From an uncultured Bacillota bacterium (lineage in GTDB: Bacteria; Bacillota_I; Bacilli_A; RFN20; CAG-826), in contig CASEPN010000001.1 in assembly GCA_949289845.1 (NCBI GenBank), positions 528,316 through 592,315 of the forward strand: a stretch of 64,000 nt of DNA. The letters run 5' to 3'. Position 1 is the first letter of the stretch; the number at the start of each line of letters is the position of its first letter. The notes under the pieces are model-generated. The model was not told the DNA's origin and made no database searches. It saw only the letters and a list, made by a program, of their open reading frames with translations. Positions 9,673-18,612 of this stretch are shown here, one piece after another. A program made the translations under genes and the position numbers.

Positions 9673-9726
9673 GATGCGGTCCTGTCGCTCCGGAATTCCG
9701 GCCTTCCGATCCCCCGGGAAAAATCC

Positions 9727-10011
9727 CTACTCCGCGGGCACCTCAGGACGGAAGAGGGATTCCGCCTCCTCTAGGGAAGGATCTCCCCGGAGAAGATAGT
9801 CGAGGGTGGCCTCGAGGACGTCGGCGATCTTCACGAGATAGCCGACGTCGGGAAGCCCGTGGTCGTTCTCCCACTTGGAGACGGCCTTGTCGCTGATGAG
9901 GAGCTTCTTCGCGAGCTCCTCCTGGGTCCACCCCTTCCTGGAGCGAAGAAGGCGGATCCGGTCGCCGAAGGTCTTGCCTAGGCGAAAGTCCCTTTCACCC
10001 CTGTCGTTCAT
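9727..10011 (-). CDS. XRE-family HTH transcriptional regulator
   Basis: GDRIRLLRSRKGWTQEELAKKLLISDKAVSKWENDHGLPD. Confidence 0.9.
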   Translation of the reverse strand: MNDRGERDFRLGKTFGDRIRLLRSRKGWTQEELAKKLLISDKAVSKWENDHGLPDVGYLVKIADVLEATLDYLLRGDPSLEEAESLFRPEVPAE

Positions 10012-10155
10012 GCTAATAGTGTTTTCAAAAGAGGGATTCTTGTCAACCCGATGGAGGAATCGTTCCCTTAAGGGCTTAACCATCAGTCAATGGCAGGAAA
10101 AAGGAGAGGCAGGGCCCTTGGGAAGATAACCTTGCAAAACCCTGGGAAAAGAAAG

Positions 10156-10177
10156 AAAAAAGGCGCGCGAGGCGCCT
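10156..10177 (-). terminator. Intrinsic terminator of the glgB-glgP-dUTPase operon
   Basis: AGGCGC/GCGCCT hairpin followed by a U-tract on the minus strand. Confidence 0.6.
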
Positions 10178-10193
10178 GGTCTAGATAAGTCCC

Positions 10194-10631
10194 CTAGTCC
10201 TCCGCGCTATAGAGGGAACCCTCGACGAAGAGGAGGATGAGAGGGATCCCGGCGGGCAGGATCGAGACGAGGAAGGCGTAGGAGCTCTGGTAGTAGTAGC
10301 AGGAGATGCCATATGCCACCGAGAGGAAGATGTAGGCGATGTAGGTCCAGAAGGCGATCTTGTCGCGGATCTCGCTCTTCCTGACGAAGAGGATCGAGAG
10401 GACGCGGAGGGCCCCCACGAGGAGCATCGCCAAGCCGAAGCCGAGGAGAAGGCCCGAGAGGGTCGAGGGCCCGCCCTCCGAGAGGAAGGAGAAGAGGTTC
10501 GTCGTGATTCCCCTGAGGTCCTCCGAGGGGGGCGGGACGAAATAAAGGGGCAGAAGCCATAGGACCGGGGGGACGATGAGGTAGAAGGCCCCGGTGAGGA
10601 GCGAGTACTGCTTCTTCGTGAGCCGTTTCAT
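10194..10631 (-). CDS. Membrane protein (about 4 TM), unknown function
   Basis: The real start MKRLTKK overlaps the dUTPase stop (TGATG). The longer ORF-track N-terminus is a shadow of the dUTPase gene. Confidence 0.7.
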   Translation of the reverse strand: MKRLTKKQYSLLTGAFYLIVPPVLWLLPLYFVPPPSEDLRGITTNLFSFLSEGGPSTLSGLLLGFGLAMLLVGALRVLSILFVRKSEIRDKIAFWTYIAYIFLSVAYGISCYYYQSSYAFLVSILPAGIPLILLFVEGSLYSAED

Positions 10632-11137
10632 CAGTAGCCCTCCTCCTGCCTCTTGAAGTTCTCCTCGCGCTTCCTCATGTAGCTTTCCTCGGCCTCGGCG
10701 AACTCGTAGCCGAGGATCGGGAGGAGGTTCAGATAGGCGGAGAAGAGGAGCGCGTACTTCCGGGGGTCCATCTCCTCCCCCTCCTCGACGAGGTCCCCCG
10801 CGAGGGCGTAGCAAAGGAGGATCTGCTCGACGAGGCTTCTATCTTCCTCGCGGAAGGAGTGGGAGTAGCCCTCCACCCCCATCCCCGCCCCGAGGGAGAG
10901 CAGGAAGTGAAGCCCGTCGGCGTACTCCTCGAGGATCCTTTCCTTGGGAGAGGGACCCTTCAGGCTCCAGAACTTGAAGCAGCGGGTTTCGTTCGCGAAC
11001 TCGCCGAGCTCCACGAGGAAGGCGAGGAGGCGCTCCCTCATCGTCTTCTCATAGGAGGAGCCGTGGCGAAGGGCGATCTTCTCGTCGAGCTCCTTCTGGA
11101 GGGGGAAGAGATGGTCGAGCGAGAGCTGCTCCCTCAC
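10631..11137 (-). CDS. dut: Dimeric all-alpha dUTP diphosphatase (dUTPase_2)
   Basis: LVELGEFANETRCFKFWS, ILEEYADGLHFLLS and YMRKREENFKRQEEGY. Confidence 0.85.
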   Translation of the reverse strand: MREQLSLDHLFPLQKELDEKIALRHGSSYEKTMRERLLAFLVELGEFANETRCFKFWSLKGPSPKERILEEYADGLHFLLSLGAGMGVEGYSHSFREEDRSLVEQILLCYALAGDLVEEGEEMDPRKYALLFSAYLNLLPILGYEFAEAEESYMRKREENFKRQEEGY

Positions 11138-13569
11138 CTCCTGACCTCCAGGCGCTCCAGATGCCAGATGTCGCGGTTATATTCCTCGATCGTGCGGTCG
11201 CTCGAGAAGTAGCCGGACATCGCGATGTTGTGGATCATCGCCTCGCCCCAGCGCTCCTCGTCGCGGTAGAAGTCGTTGGCCCTGCGGCTCGCCTCGAGGT
11301 AGGCGCGGAAGTCCTTGAGGATGAGGTACTGGTCCCCGTGGTTCATGATCTCGTCGAAGATGAGGCGGAAGCGGTCCCCCTTCCCGAGGGCCCAGGGGCC
11401 GTTGAAGAGGGAGTCCATGACGTTCTTGATGTCGTGGTCGCCGTTATATAGGTCCCACGGGCTGTAGGACCCGTTCCCCAGGAGGGCGTTCACCTCGGGC
11501 TCGGTGAGGCCGAAGATGATCTCGTGCTCCTTCCCGGCGAGCTCGGCGATCTCGATGTTCGCCCCGTCGAGGGTGCCGATCGTGAGGGCGCCGTTCATCA
11601 TGAACTTCATGTTGCTCGTGCCCGAGGCCTCCTTCCCGGCGGTGGAGATCTGCTCGCTGAGGTCGGTCGCGGGGATGATCCTCTCCGCGAGGGAGACGCC
11701 GTAGTTCTCGACGAAGCAAACCTTCATGAGGGAGTTCACGGCCTCGTCGTTGTTGACGACGTCCTGGACGGCGAGGATGAGCTCGATGATGCGCTTGGCG
11801 TACTCGTAGCTCGGGGCCGCCTTCGCCCCGAAGACGAAGGTGTGCGGGAGCATCCCGAAGCTCTCGCCCCTCTTGAGGCGGGCGTACAGGTGCATGATGC
11901 GGAAGACATTCATCAGCTGCCTCTTGTAGGCGTGGAGGCGCTTGATCTGGGTGTCGAGGACGCTATGGGGGTCGATGTCGATCCCGTACTCCTTCTTCAC
12001 GAAGAGGGCGAAGTCCTTCTTGTTCTCGAGCTTGATGCGGAGGGCTTCCTTCCTCGTCTCCTCGTCCCCCGCGTAGTCGCGGAGCTTCCGGAGCTCCTCC
12101 GGATGCATGATCCATGAGTCGCCGATCCTCGAGGTGATGAGGTTAGAAAGGCGCGGGTTGCTATAAAGGAGCCAGCGACGGTGCGTGACCCCGTTCGTCT
12201 TGTTGTTGAACTTCTCGGGGAAGGTCTCGTAGAAGGAGTGGAAGGTGTAGTTCTCGAGGATCTGGGTGTGGAGCCTCGCCACCCCGTTCACGGAGAAGCC
12301 GGCGTAGATGGCCATGTTCGTCATGTGCACCTGGCCGTCCTTGATGATCCGCATCTGCCACTGGCGCCCGTCCTCGATGCCCTTCTCCCTCATCCAGGCG
12401 TTGAAGCGGCGGTCGATCTCCTCGACGATCATGTAGATGCGCGGGAGGAGCATCTGGAGGTAGTTCACCGGCCAGCGCTCGAGGGCCTCGGGCATGACGG
12501 TGTGGTTAGTGTAGGCGATGGACTTCCGCACCTCCTCCCAGGCCTCGTCCCAGCCCCAGCCGTACTCGTCCATGAGGAGGCGCATCATCTCGGGGATCGC
12601 GAGGATCGGGTGGGTGTCGTTCAGCTGGAAGACGTAGTGCTCGTGGAAATGCTCGAGGGTGCCGTAGCGCCTCATCTCCCCGCGCATCGCCGACTGGAGG
12701 CCGGCGGAGACGAGGAAGTACTGCTGGCGGAGCCTGAGGAGCCGCCCGTGCTCGGTGGAGTCGTCGGGATATAGGCCGAAGGTCAGCTCCTTGAGGGTCG
12801 CGAGGTACTCGTTGAAGGAGCAGTCGGTCGGGAGGTTCTCGGTGCTCGGCTCAGCCGACCAGAGGCGGAGGGTGTTCGCGACCTTGTTGCGGTAGCCGAC
12901 GACGCTGACGTCGTAGGGGACGGCGCGGATGGCCCGGGCGTTCACGAGACGGATCGCGTAGTTCCCGTCGGGCTTGAGGTAGGTCTCCGCGTTCCCGTAG
13001 AACTTCACCTCGACCGCGTGCTTGGGCTTCCGGACCTCGAAGACGAAGCCGTCGGAAAGCCACTGGTCGGGAAGCTCCACCTGGCGCCCTTCGACGAACT
13101 TCTGGCGGAAGAAGCCGTAGTCGTAGCGGATCGTGTTCCCGTGGAGGGGGTAGCCGAGGGAGGCGGCGCTATCGAGGAAGCAGGCGGCGAGGCGCCCGAG
13201 GCCCCCGTTCCCGAGCCCGGCGTCCGGCTCCTGGTCCTCGAGCTCGTTGATGTCGACCCCGAGGTCGGCGAGCCCGTCCTTGGCGACCTCGTAGACGCCG
13301 AGGTTCTGCATGTTGTTGAGGAGGAGCCTCCCGATGAGGAACTCCATCGAGAAGTAGATGCATTGCTTCCTTCCCTTCCCGAGGATGTCCTCGCGGCAGC
13401 TCCGCCAGTCCTTGCCGGCGTAGTCCCGGACCATCTCCCCGAGGACGACGTAGCGCTCGGTGATGTGGGAGTCCTGGACGCTACGCCCGTAGCGCTCCTC
13501 GAGCCTCCTGGCGAACTCCTCCTTGAAGGCGGCCTTCGTGCCGAACATGTCGATCGCGTTCTTACTCAT
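11134..13569 (-). CDS. glgP: Glycogen/alpha-glucan phosphorylase
   Basis: DAGLGNGGLGRLAACFLDS, QLNDTHP, NKTNGVT, QIKRLHAYKRQ and EASGTSNMK (PLP lysine). Confidence 0.97.
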   Translation of the reverse strand: MSKNAIDMFGTKAAFKEEFARRLEERYGRSVQDSHITERYVVLGEMVRDYAGKDWRSCREDILGKGRKQCIYFSMEFLIGRLLLNNMQNLGVYEVAKDGLADLGVDINELEDQEPDAGLGNGGLGRLAACFLDSAASLGYPLHGNTIRYDYGFFRQKFVEGRQVELPDQWLSDGFVFEVRKPKHAVEVKFYGNAETYLKPDGNYAIRLVNARAIRAVPYDVSVVGYRNKVANTLRLWSAEPSTENLPTDCSFNEYLATLKELTFGLYPDDSTEHGRLLRLRQQYFLVSAGLQSAMRGEMRRYGTLEHFHEHYVFQLNDTHPILAIPEMMRLLMDEYGWGWDEAWEEVRKSIAYTNHTVMPEALERWPVNYLQMLLPRIYMIVEEIDRRFNAWMREKGIEDGRQWQMRIIKDGQVHMTNMAIYAGFSVNGVARLHTQILENYTFHSFYETFPEKFNNKTNGVTHRRWLLYSNPRLSNLITSRIGDSWIMHPEELRKLRDYAGDEETRKEALRIKLENKKDFALFVKKEYGIDIDPHSVLDTQIKRLHAYKRQLMNVFRIMHLYARLKRGESFGMLPHTFVFGAKAAPSYEYAKRIIELILAVQDVVNNDEAVNSLMKVCFVENYGVSLAERIIPATDLSEQISTAGKEASGTSNMKFMMNGALTIGTLDGANIEIAELAGKEHEIIFGLTEPEVNALLGNGSYSPWDLYNGDHDIKNVMDSLFNGPWALGKGDRFRLIFDEIMNHGDQYLILKDFRAYLEASRRANDFYRDEERWGEAMIHNIAMSGYFSSDRTIEEYNRDIWHLERLEVRR

Positions 13570-13607
13570 AAGAAAATCCTTCTAATCCTGGTCTCTTTCC
13601 TTCGGAA

Positions 13608-15641
13608 TCACTTCTTCGCCGGGGCCTTCTTCGCCCTGGACGGCTTCTTCGCGGGCGCCTTCTTCCTCGTGGCAGGCTTCTTCTCCTCCACGATGATTTC
13701 GATGGGCTTCTTCCTCCCGCGGAAGATGGGGTCGGGGTCCTTGGGGGTGACCACGAGCTCCTGGACGGTGCTGTTGGGGCTCCGCTTCTCCTCCTCGACC
13801 TTCCGCTTGAAGATCATCGCCGCGTAGGCGCCGAGCTTGATGGAGATGTGGTAGGGACGGCCCTCCGGGGCGCCGGGATAGCTCTCGCAGGGCAGCCCGT
13901 TATAGTTGTTCCAGCCGCCGTAGACGTCCTTGTCGCTGTTGAAGATCTCCTCGTAGGTGCCCTCGTGGAGGCAGCCGACCTCGTAGCCCTCGTAGTAGTT
14001 GGGCGTCATGTTGTAGACGAAGAGGAGGTCGCTATCGCCATACTCCCTCTCGAAGGCGAAGACGGACTGGTCGCGGTTATCGACCATCGTCCACTGGAAG
14101 CGGGCGGGGTTATATTCCTCGAAGTGCATCGCCTTCTCCGCGCGGTAGATGAGGTTGAGGTCGCGGACGAGCCTCCTCACGCTGTCGTGCTTGGGGAAGG
14201 AGAGGAGGTTCCAGGGGAGGCTCCTCTTCTCGTTCCACTCGTCGAAGGAGGCGAGCTCGTTCCCCATGAAGGAGAGCTTCTTCCCCGGGTGGCCGTACTG
14301 GTACGTATATAGGTTCCGGAGGAGAGCGAACTTCGTGTCGTAGTCGCCGTAGAGCTTGTTGATGATCGTCCCCTTCCCGTGGACGACCTCGTCGTGGGAG
14401 AGGGGGAGGAGGAAGTTCTCGCTCCAGAAGTAGGCCATCGAGAAGGTGAGCTTGTTATGCTCCCACTTCTTGTAGATGGGGTCCTTGGAGTAGTACTTGA
14501 GGGTGTCGTTCATCCAGCCGAGGTCCCACTTGTAGTCGAAGCCGAGCCCGCCGTACTCGAGGGGCTTGGTGACGCCCGGGAAGTCGGTGGAGTCCTCGGC
14601 GATCATCATGACGTCGGGGTGCTCGTAGTGGATCTTGCCGTTCAGCCTCTTGATGAACTCCGTGGCCCCGGTGTTCTCCCCGTTCATCTTGTTCCCGTCC
14701 CAGTAGACGATGTTGGAGACCGCGTCCACGCGGATCCCGTCGAAATGGAAGTAGGAGAGGAAGTAGTTCATCGCCGACATCAGGAAGCTCCGGACCGGGT
14801 CCTTCCCGAGGTCGAAGAGGCAGCTCCCCCACTGGCTGTAGGTGTGCTGGGGGTCGCCGTACTCGTATAGGTGGGTCCCGTCGAAGTCGCGGAGCGAGTA
14901 GGAGTCGGTCGCGAAGTGGACGGGCGCGAAGTCGAGGATGACGCCGATCCCGGCCTGGTGGAGGCGGTTCACGAGGCTCATCAGCTGCTTCGGGTTCCCG
15001 TAGCGGCTGTCCACGGAATAGAAGCCCGTCGCCTGGTAGCCCCAGGAGCCGTCGAAGGGGTACTGGACGATCGGCATGACCTCGACGTGGGTGTAGCCCA
15101 TCTCCTGGAGGTAGGGGATGAGGTCGTCGGCGACCTCCTCATAGGAGGGGTTCCTCCCCCACCTCTCGCCCCGCCAGGAGCCGAGGTGCATCTCGTAGAT
15201 TGCCATCGGGCGGTCGAAGTTCCGGTCGCGCTCCCTCATCCACTTCCCGTCGTCCCAGGGGAAGCCCTCGATGTCGTAGAGCTTGCTGCAGGAGCCCGGG
15301 CGCATCTCGCTATAGAAGGCGAAGGGGTCGGCCTTGTCCGCCCACTCCCCGCGGGCGTTCCGGAAGTGGAACTTGTAGGTCTGGTAGTTCATGAGCCCCG
15401 GGACGAAGGTCTCGAACACCCCGGAGTCGTCGACCTTGTTCATCGGGTTCCTCCCGGGGTCCCAGCCGTTCCACTCCCCGATGACGGCGACGTCCTGGGC
15501 AAGGGGGGCGTAGAGGCGGAACCACACGCCGGAAAGCTCCTCCCCGGTCGGGAGGACGCACTTCCCGAAATGCGCGCCGAAGTACTTGTAGGCGTCGATG
15601 CTCTGCCCCATGAGGTAGTCGTAGAGGAGTCCGTAGGCCAT
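13608..15641 (-). CDS. glgB: 1,4-alpha-glucan branching enzyme
   Basis: IYEMHLGSW, SWGYQATG, FDGIRVDAV, IAEDST, LSHDEVVHGK and HPGKKL. SD GGAGAG precedes ATG 15641. Confidence 0.96.
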   Translation of the reverse strand: MAYGLLYDYLMGQSIDAYKYFGAHFGKCVLPTGEELSGVWFRLYAPLAQDVAVIGEWNGWDPGRNPMNKVDDSGVFETFVPGLMNYQTYKFHFRNARGEWADKADPFAFYSEMRPGSCSKLYDIEGFPWDDGKWMRERDRNFDRPMAIYEMHLGSWRGERWGRNPSYEEVADDLIPYLQEMGYTHVEVMPIVQYPFDGSWGYQATGFYSVDSRYGNPKQLMSLVNRLHQAGIGVILDFAPVHFATDSYSLRDFDGTHLYEYGDPQHTYSQWGSCLFDLGKDPVRSFLMSAMNYFLSYFHFDGIRVDAVSNIVYWDGNKMNGENTGATEFIKRLNGKIHYEHPDVMMIAEDSTDFPGVTKPLEYGGLGFDYKWDLGWMNDTLKYYSKDPIYKKWEHNKLTFSMAYFWSENFLLPLSHDEVVHGKGTIINKLYGDYDTKFALLRNLYTYQYGHPGKKLSFMGNELASFDEWNEKRSLPWNLLSFPKHDSVRRLVRDLNLIYRAEKAMHFEEYNPARFQWTMVDNRDQSVFAFEREYGDSDLLFVYNMTPNYYEGYEVGCLHEGTYEEIFNSDKDVYGGWNNYNGLPCESYPGAPEGRPYHISIKLGAYAAMIFKRKVEEEKRSPNSTVQELVVTPKDPDPIFRGRKKPIEIIVEEKKPATRKKAPAKKPSRAKKAPAKK

Positions 15642-15759
15642 GTCGCTCTCCTTTTTTCGGAATTTTCTTCCGAGAGTATAGACGAAGTTGAGCGCGCCCG
15701 CATGGAAAAAGGCTCTTCCGAAGCCTACAATCTCCGCGAATAGACAAGGAGAAAACGAA

Positions 15760-16965
15760 ATGGCAAAGGTCATCGCGGTGAACGCCGGGTCGAGCTCGAT
15801 CAAGTACAAGCTCTTCGAAATGCCCGAGGAGAAGGTGCTCGCCTCCGGCATCGTCGACCGCATCGGTCACGAGGACGGCATCTTCAAGTTCAAGGGCGGC
15901 AAGGAGGACCGGAAGGACGTCCTCCCGATCCCCGACCACGGGGCGGGGGTCCGCCTCATCCTCGAGGCGCTTTCGACCTCGGGGGTCGTCTCCTCGCTCG
16001 AGGAGATCGAATGCGTCGGCCACCGCGTCGTCCAGGGCGGCAAGTACTTCTCCAAGAGCGCCTTCTTCACCAAGGACACCGAGGAGAAGATCCGCGAGCT
16101 GACGCCCCTCGATCCCCTCCACGCGCCGGCGCACCTCCTCGGCTTCCATGCCTTCAAGGACGCGCTCCCCGGCGCCAAGGCCATCGCCGTCTTCGACACC
16201 GCCTTCCACCAGACGATGGAGGAGGAGGACTACCTCTTCCCCATCCCCGACGAGTGGACGGAGAAGTACGACTGCAGGCGCTACGGGGCGCACGGGACCT
16301 CGCACCAGTACCTCGCCGAGAAGGCGATCAGGGACTATCTCCCCGGCCTTGCCCACACCAGGGTCATCACCTGCCACATCGGCTCCGGGGCGAGCCTTGC
16401 CGCGGTGAGGGACGGGAAGTGCGTCGCCACCTCGATGGGCCTCACCCCCCTCGGGGGCGTGATGATGGGCACCAGGAGCGGCGACATCGACCCCTCCGTC
16501 CTCGACTACGTCAGCACCTGCACCGGGAAGGACGTCCACGAGATCTACGAAATCCTCAACAGGAAGTCCGGGCTCCTCGGCGTCTCCGCGGGGCTCTCCA
16601 ACGACACCAGGGACATCGAGGAAGCCGTCCAGGAAGGGAACCCCAAGGCCATCCGCGCGGCAAACCTCTTCGCCCGCCGGGTCGCCGACTACATCGGCCA
16701 GTACTTCGTGCGACTCGGGGGCGCCGACATCATCGTCTTCAGCGCCGGGATCGGCGAGAACAGCGACTACTTCCGCCGCATCATCCTCGAACGGGTCGAG
16801 GAGGCCCTCGGGCTCGACATCGACTACGGGAAGAACGTCTCCGAGAACCGGAAGGAGGCGCTCCTCTCCCGCCCGGGAAGCAGGATCAAGGTCGCGATCA
16901 TCCCCACCGACGAGGAGGTCATGATCGCCAGGGACTGCCTGAAGGCCCTGGAGGGAACCCTTTGA
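15760..16965 (+). CDS. ackA: Acetate kinase
   Basis: VIAVNAGSSSIKY, GHRVVQGG, VFDTAFHQT, YGAHGTSH, MGTRSGDIDP and IPTDEE. Confidence 0.96.
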   Translation: MAKVIAVNAGSSSIKYKLFEMPEEKVLASGIVDRIGHEDGIFKFKGGKEDRKDVLPIPDHGAGVRLILEALSTSGVVSSLEEIECVGHRVVQGGKYFSKSAFFTKDTEEKIRELTPLDPLHAPAHLLGFHAFKDALPGAKAIAVFDTAFHQTMEEEDYLFPIPDEWTEKYDCRRYGAHGTSHQYLAEKAIRDYLPGLAHTRVITCHIGSGASLAAVRDGKCVATSMGLTPLGGVMMGTRSGDIDPSVLDYVSTCTGKDVHEIYEILNRKSGLLGVSAGLSNDTRDIEEAVQEGNPKAIRAANLFARRVADYIGQYFVRLGGADIIVFSAGIGENSDYFRRIILERVEEALGLDIDYGKNVSENRKEALLSRPGSRIKVAIIPTDEEVMIARDCLKALEGTL

Positions 16966-17957
16966 TGGAAGAGGCGCTCAAGGACTACCTGCGGGCCCAT
17001 AAAAAGGAGTTCCGCGCCCTCAGGGAGGCGGTCAGGAAATACGACCGCATCTGCATCTTCCGCCACATCAAGCCGGACTTCGACGCCCTGGGGTGCCAGT
17101 TCGGGCTCTATTATTTCCTTCGCGAGAACTTCCCGGGGAAGGAGGTCCACCAGGTCGGGGACACCCACCCCACCTTCGTCCCCCGCCTCTTCCCCGCGCC
17201 GGAGAAGATCCCGAACTCCTGGTTCGACTCCCCCTTCCTCGCGATCGTCCTCGACGTCGGGGACAAGGAAAGGATCGCCGACCCGCGCTTCGAGAAGGCG
17301 GCGATGGTCGTCAAGATCGACCACCACCCCTTCCGGAAACCCGACGTGAGCCAGCGCTCGCTCCTCGACGAGAAGAGCGCCTCCTGCGGCGAGCTCGTGA
17401 CCGCCTTCCTCGCCTCCTTCGGGAAAAAGAGGAAGGTCGGCGTGGAAGCCGCCAAGGCCCTCTACGTCGCGATCGTCGGGGACTCGGGACGCTTCCTCTA
17501 CGGGGCGACCTCGCCCCTGACCTTCGCCGCGGCCTCCTGGCTCATCGGCAAGGGCATCGACATCCGGGGGATATACCGTTCGATGTACGAGAAGAAGATC
17601 GAGGACCTCGAGTTCCAGAAGTACGTGCTGGACCACTACAGGATCACACCCAATGGCGTCGCCTACTACCTCCTCCCCGAGGAGGGGCTCAAGGAGCTGG
17701 GGCTCACCTCCGAGCGGGGCAAGGAGCACGTGAACATGTTCAGCAACATCGAGGGCATCAACGCCTGGTGCTCCATCACCGAGGACAACGACCCGAAGGA
17801 GCCCTGCTGGCGGATCTCGATCAGGAGCAAGGCGAAGGACATCTCCGGCGTCGCCCAGAAGTGGGGCGGGGGCGGCCATCCCCAGGCCTCCGGGGCGAAG
17901 TTCAAGGATCTCTCGGAGCTCGAGGCCTTCCTCAGCGACCTGGACGCGTTGTTCTAA
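16965..17957 (+). CDS. nrnA: DHH/DHHA1 nanoRNase / PAP phosphatase
   Basis: RHIKPDFDALG, KIDHH, IVGDSGRF, ISIRS and GGGGHPQASG. The start overlaps the ackA stop (TGATG). Confidence 0.9.
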   Translation: MEEALKDYLRAHKKEFRALREAVRKYDRICIFRHIKPDFDALGCQFGLYYFLRENFPGKEVHQVGDTHPTFVPRLFPAPEKIPNSWFDSPFLAIVLDVGDKERIADPRFEKAAMVVKIDHHPFRKPDVSQRSLLDEKSASCGELVTAFLASFGKKRKVGVEAAKALYVAIVGDSGRFLYGATSPLTFAAASWLIGKGIDIRGIYRSMYEKKIEDLEFQKYVLDHYRITPNGVAYYLLPEEGLKELGLTSERGKEHVNMFSNIEGINAWCSITEDNDPKEPCWRISIRSKAKDISGVAQKWGGGGHPQASGAKFKDLSELEAFLSDLDALF

Positions 17958-17971
17958 GACGAATATCCACG

Positions 17972-17999
17972 GAAAGGACGGCGATCTGCCGTCTTTTTC
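17972..17999. terminator. Bidirectional intrinsic terminator
   Basis: GAAAGGACGGC-GATCT-GCCGTCTTTTTC lies between convergent genes. Confidence 0.75.
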
Positions 18000-18003
18000 G
18001 GAT

Positions 18004-18612
18004 CTAGTCGGGAAGAATTTCGATTTCGTCCTCTCCTACCCAGCGGAAGTCGATGAGAACGGAGGATTCCTGGCAGAAGTAGCTTTTGGTCGGCTCTTCA
18101 TACGCCGATGGGGAAATATAGGCGAGTATCAGGCAAAGCGAGTTCTTCTCCTCCTTCCCTTCGTCCAGGAGAAAGCGCGGGATGAGGAGATCCTCCTCGT
18201 ACTCGTATACCCATGGAACCATAAAGGTGCCGTCCACTTTGCGCTCCGGTATATAGAATTCCTCGCTCGTCCAGTAGCGGAGCCACACTCCCCCGCCTCG
18301 TATCTCAGGGAAGCCGCCGATTGGTTCCCTGCCGGTGAGGTTGACTGGCTCCGAGGCCCCGGTGTAGCGCCCGAGGTAGCCCACCAGGGCGTACCCGCCC
18401 GTGGAAGGCTCCGACGCATCTTTCTCTACCCCAGTAAGAAGCCGGATGGAGAAGCCGCTCTCAACATCTGCGACAAGGGATTCGCCGTATACCATGAAGC
18501 CTACGTCGACGCCTGTGTCCCGCTCGCTCCAGGCGCCCCGGCTGTACGAGCACCAAGAAAGGAGAATGGAAAATAGAGGGAGAAACGCGGCTGCCCTACG
18601 AGATGACGACAT
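18004..18612 (-). CDS. Lipoprotein-like partner A of the secreted metallopeptidase
   Basis: The signal peptide ends LLSWC (atypical lipobox). The start overlaps the peptidase 3' end by 17 nt. It is a paralog of 20891-21508. Confidence 0.7.
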   Translation of the reverse strand: MSSSRRAAAFLPLFSILLSWCSYSRGAWSERDTGVDVGFMVYGESLVADVESGFSIRLLTGVEKDASEPSTGGYALVGYLGRYTGASEPVNLTGREPIGGFPEIRGGGVWLRYWTSEEFYIPERKVDGTFMVPWVYEYEEDLLIPRFLLDEGKEEKNSLCLILAYISPSAYEEPTKSYFCQESSVLIDFRWVGEDEIEILPD

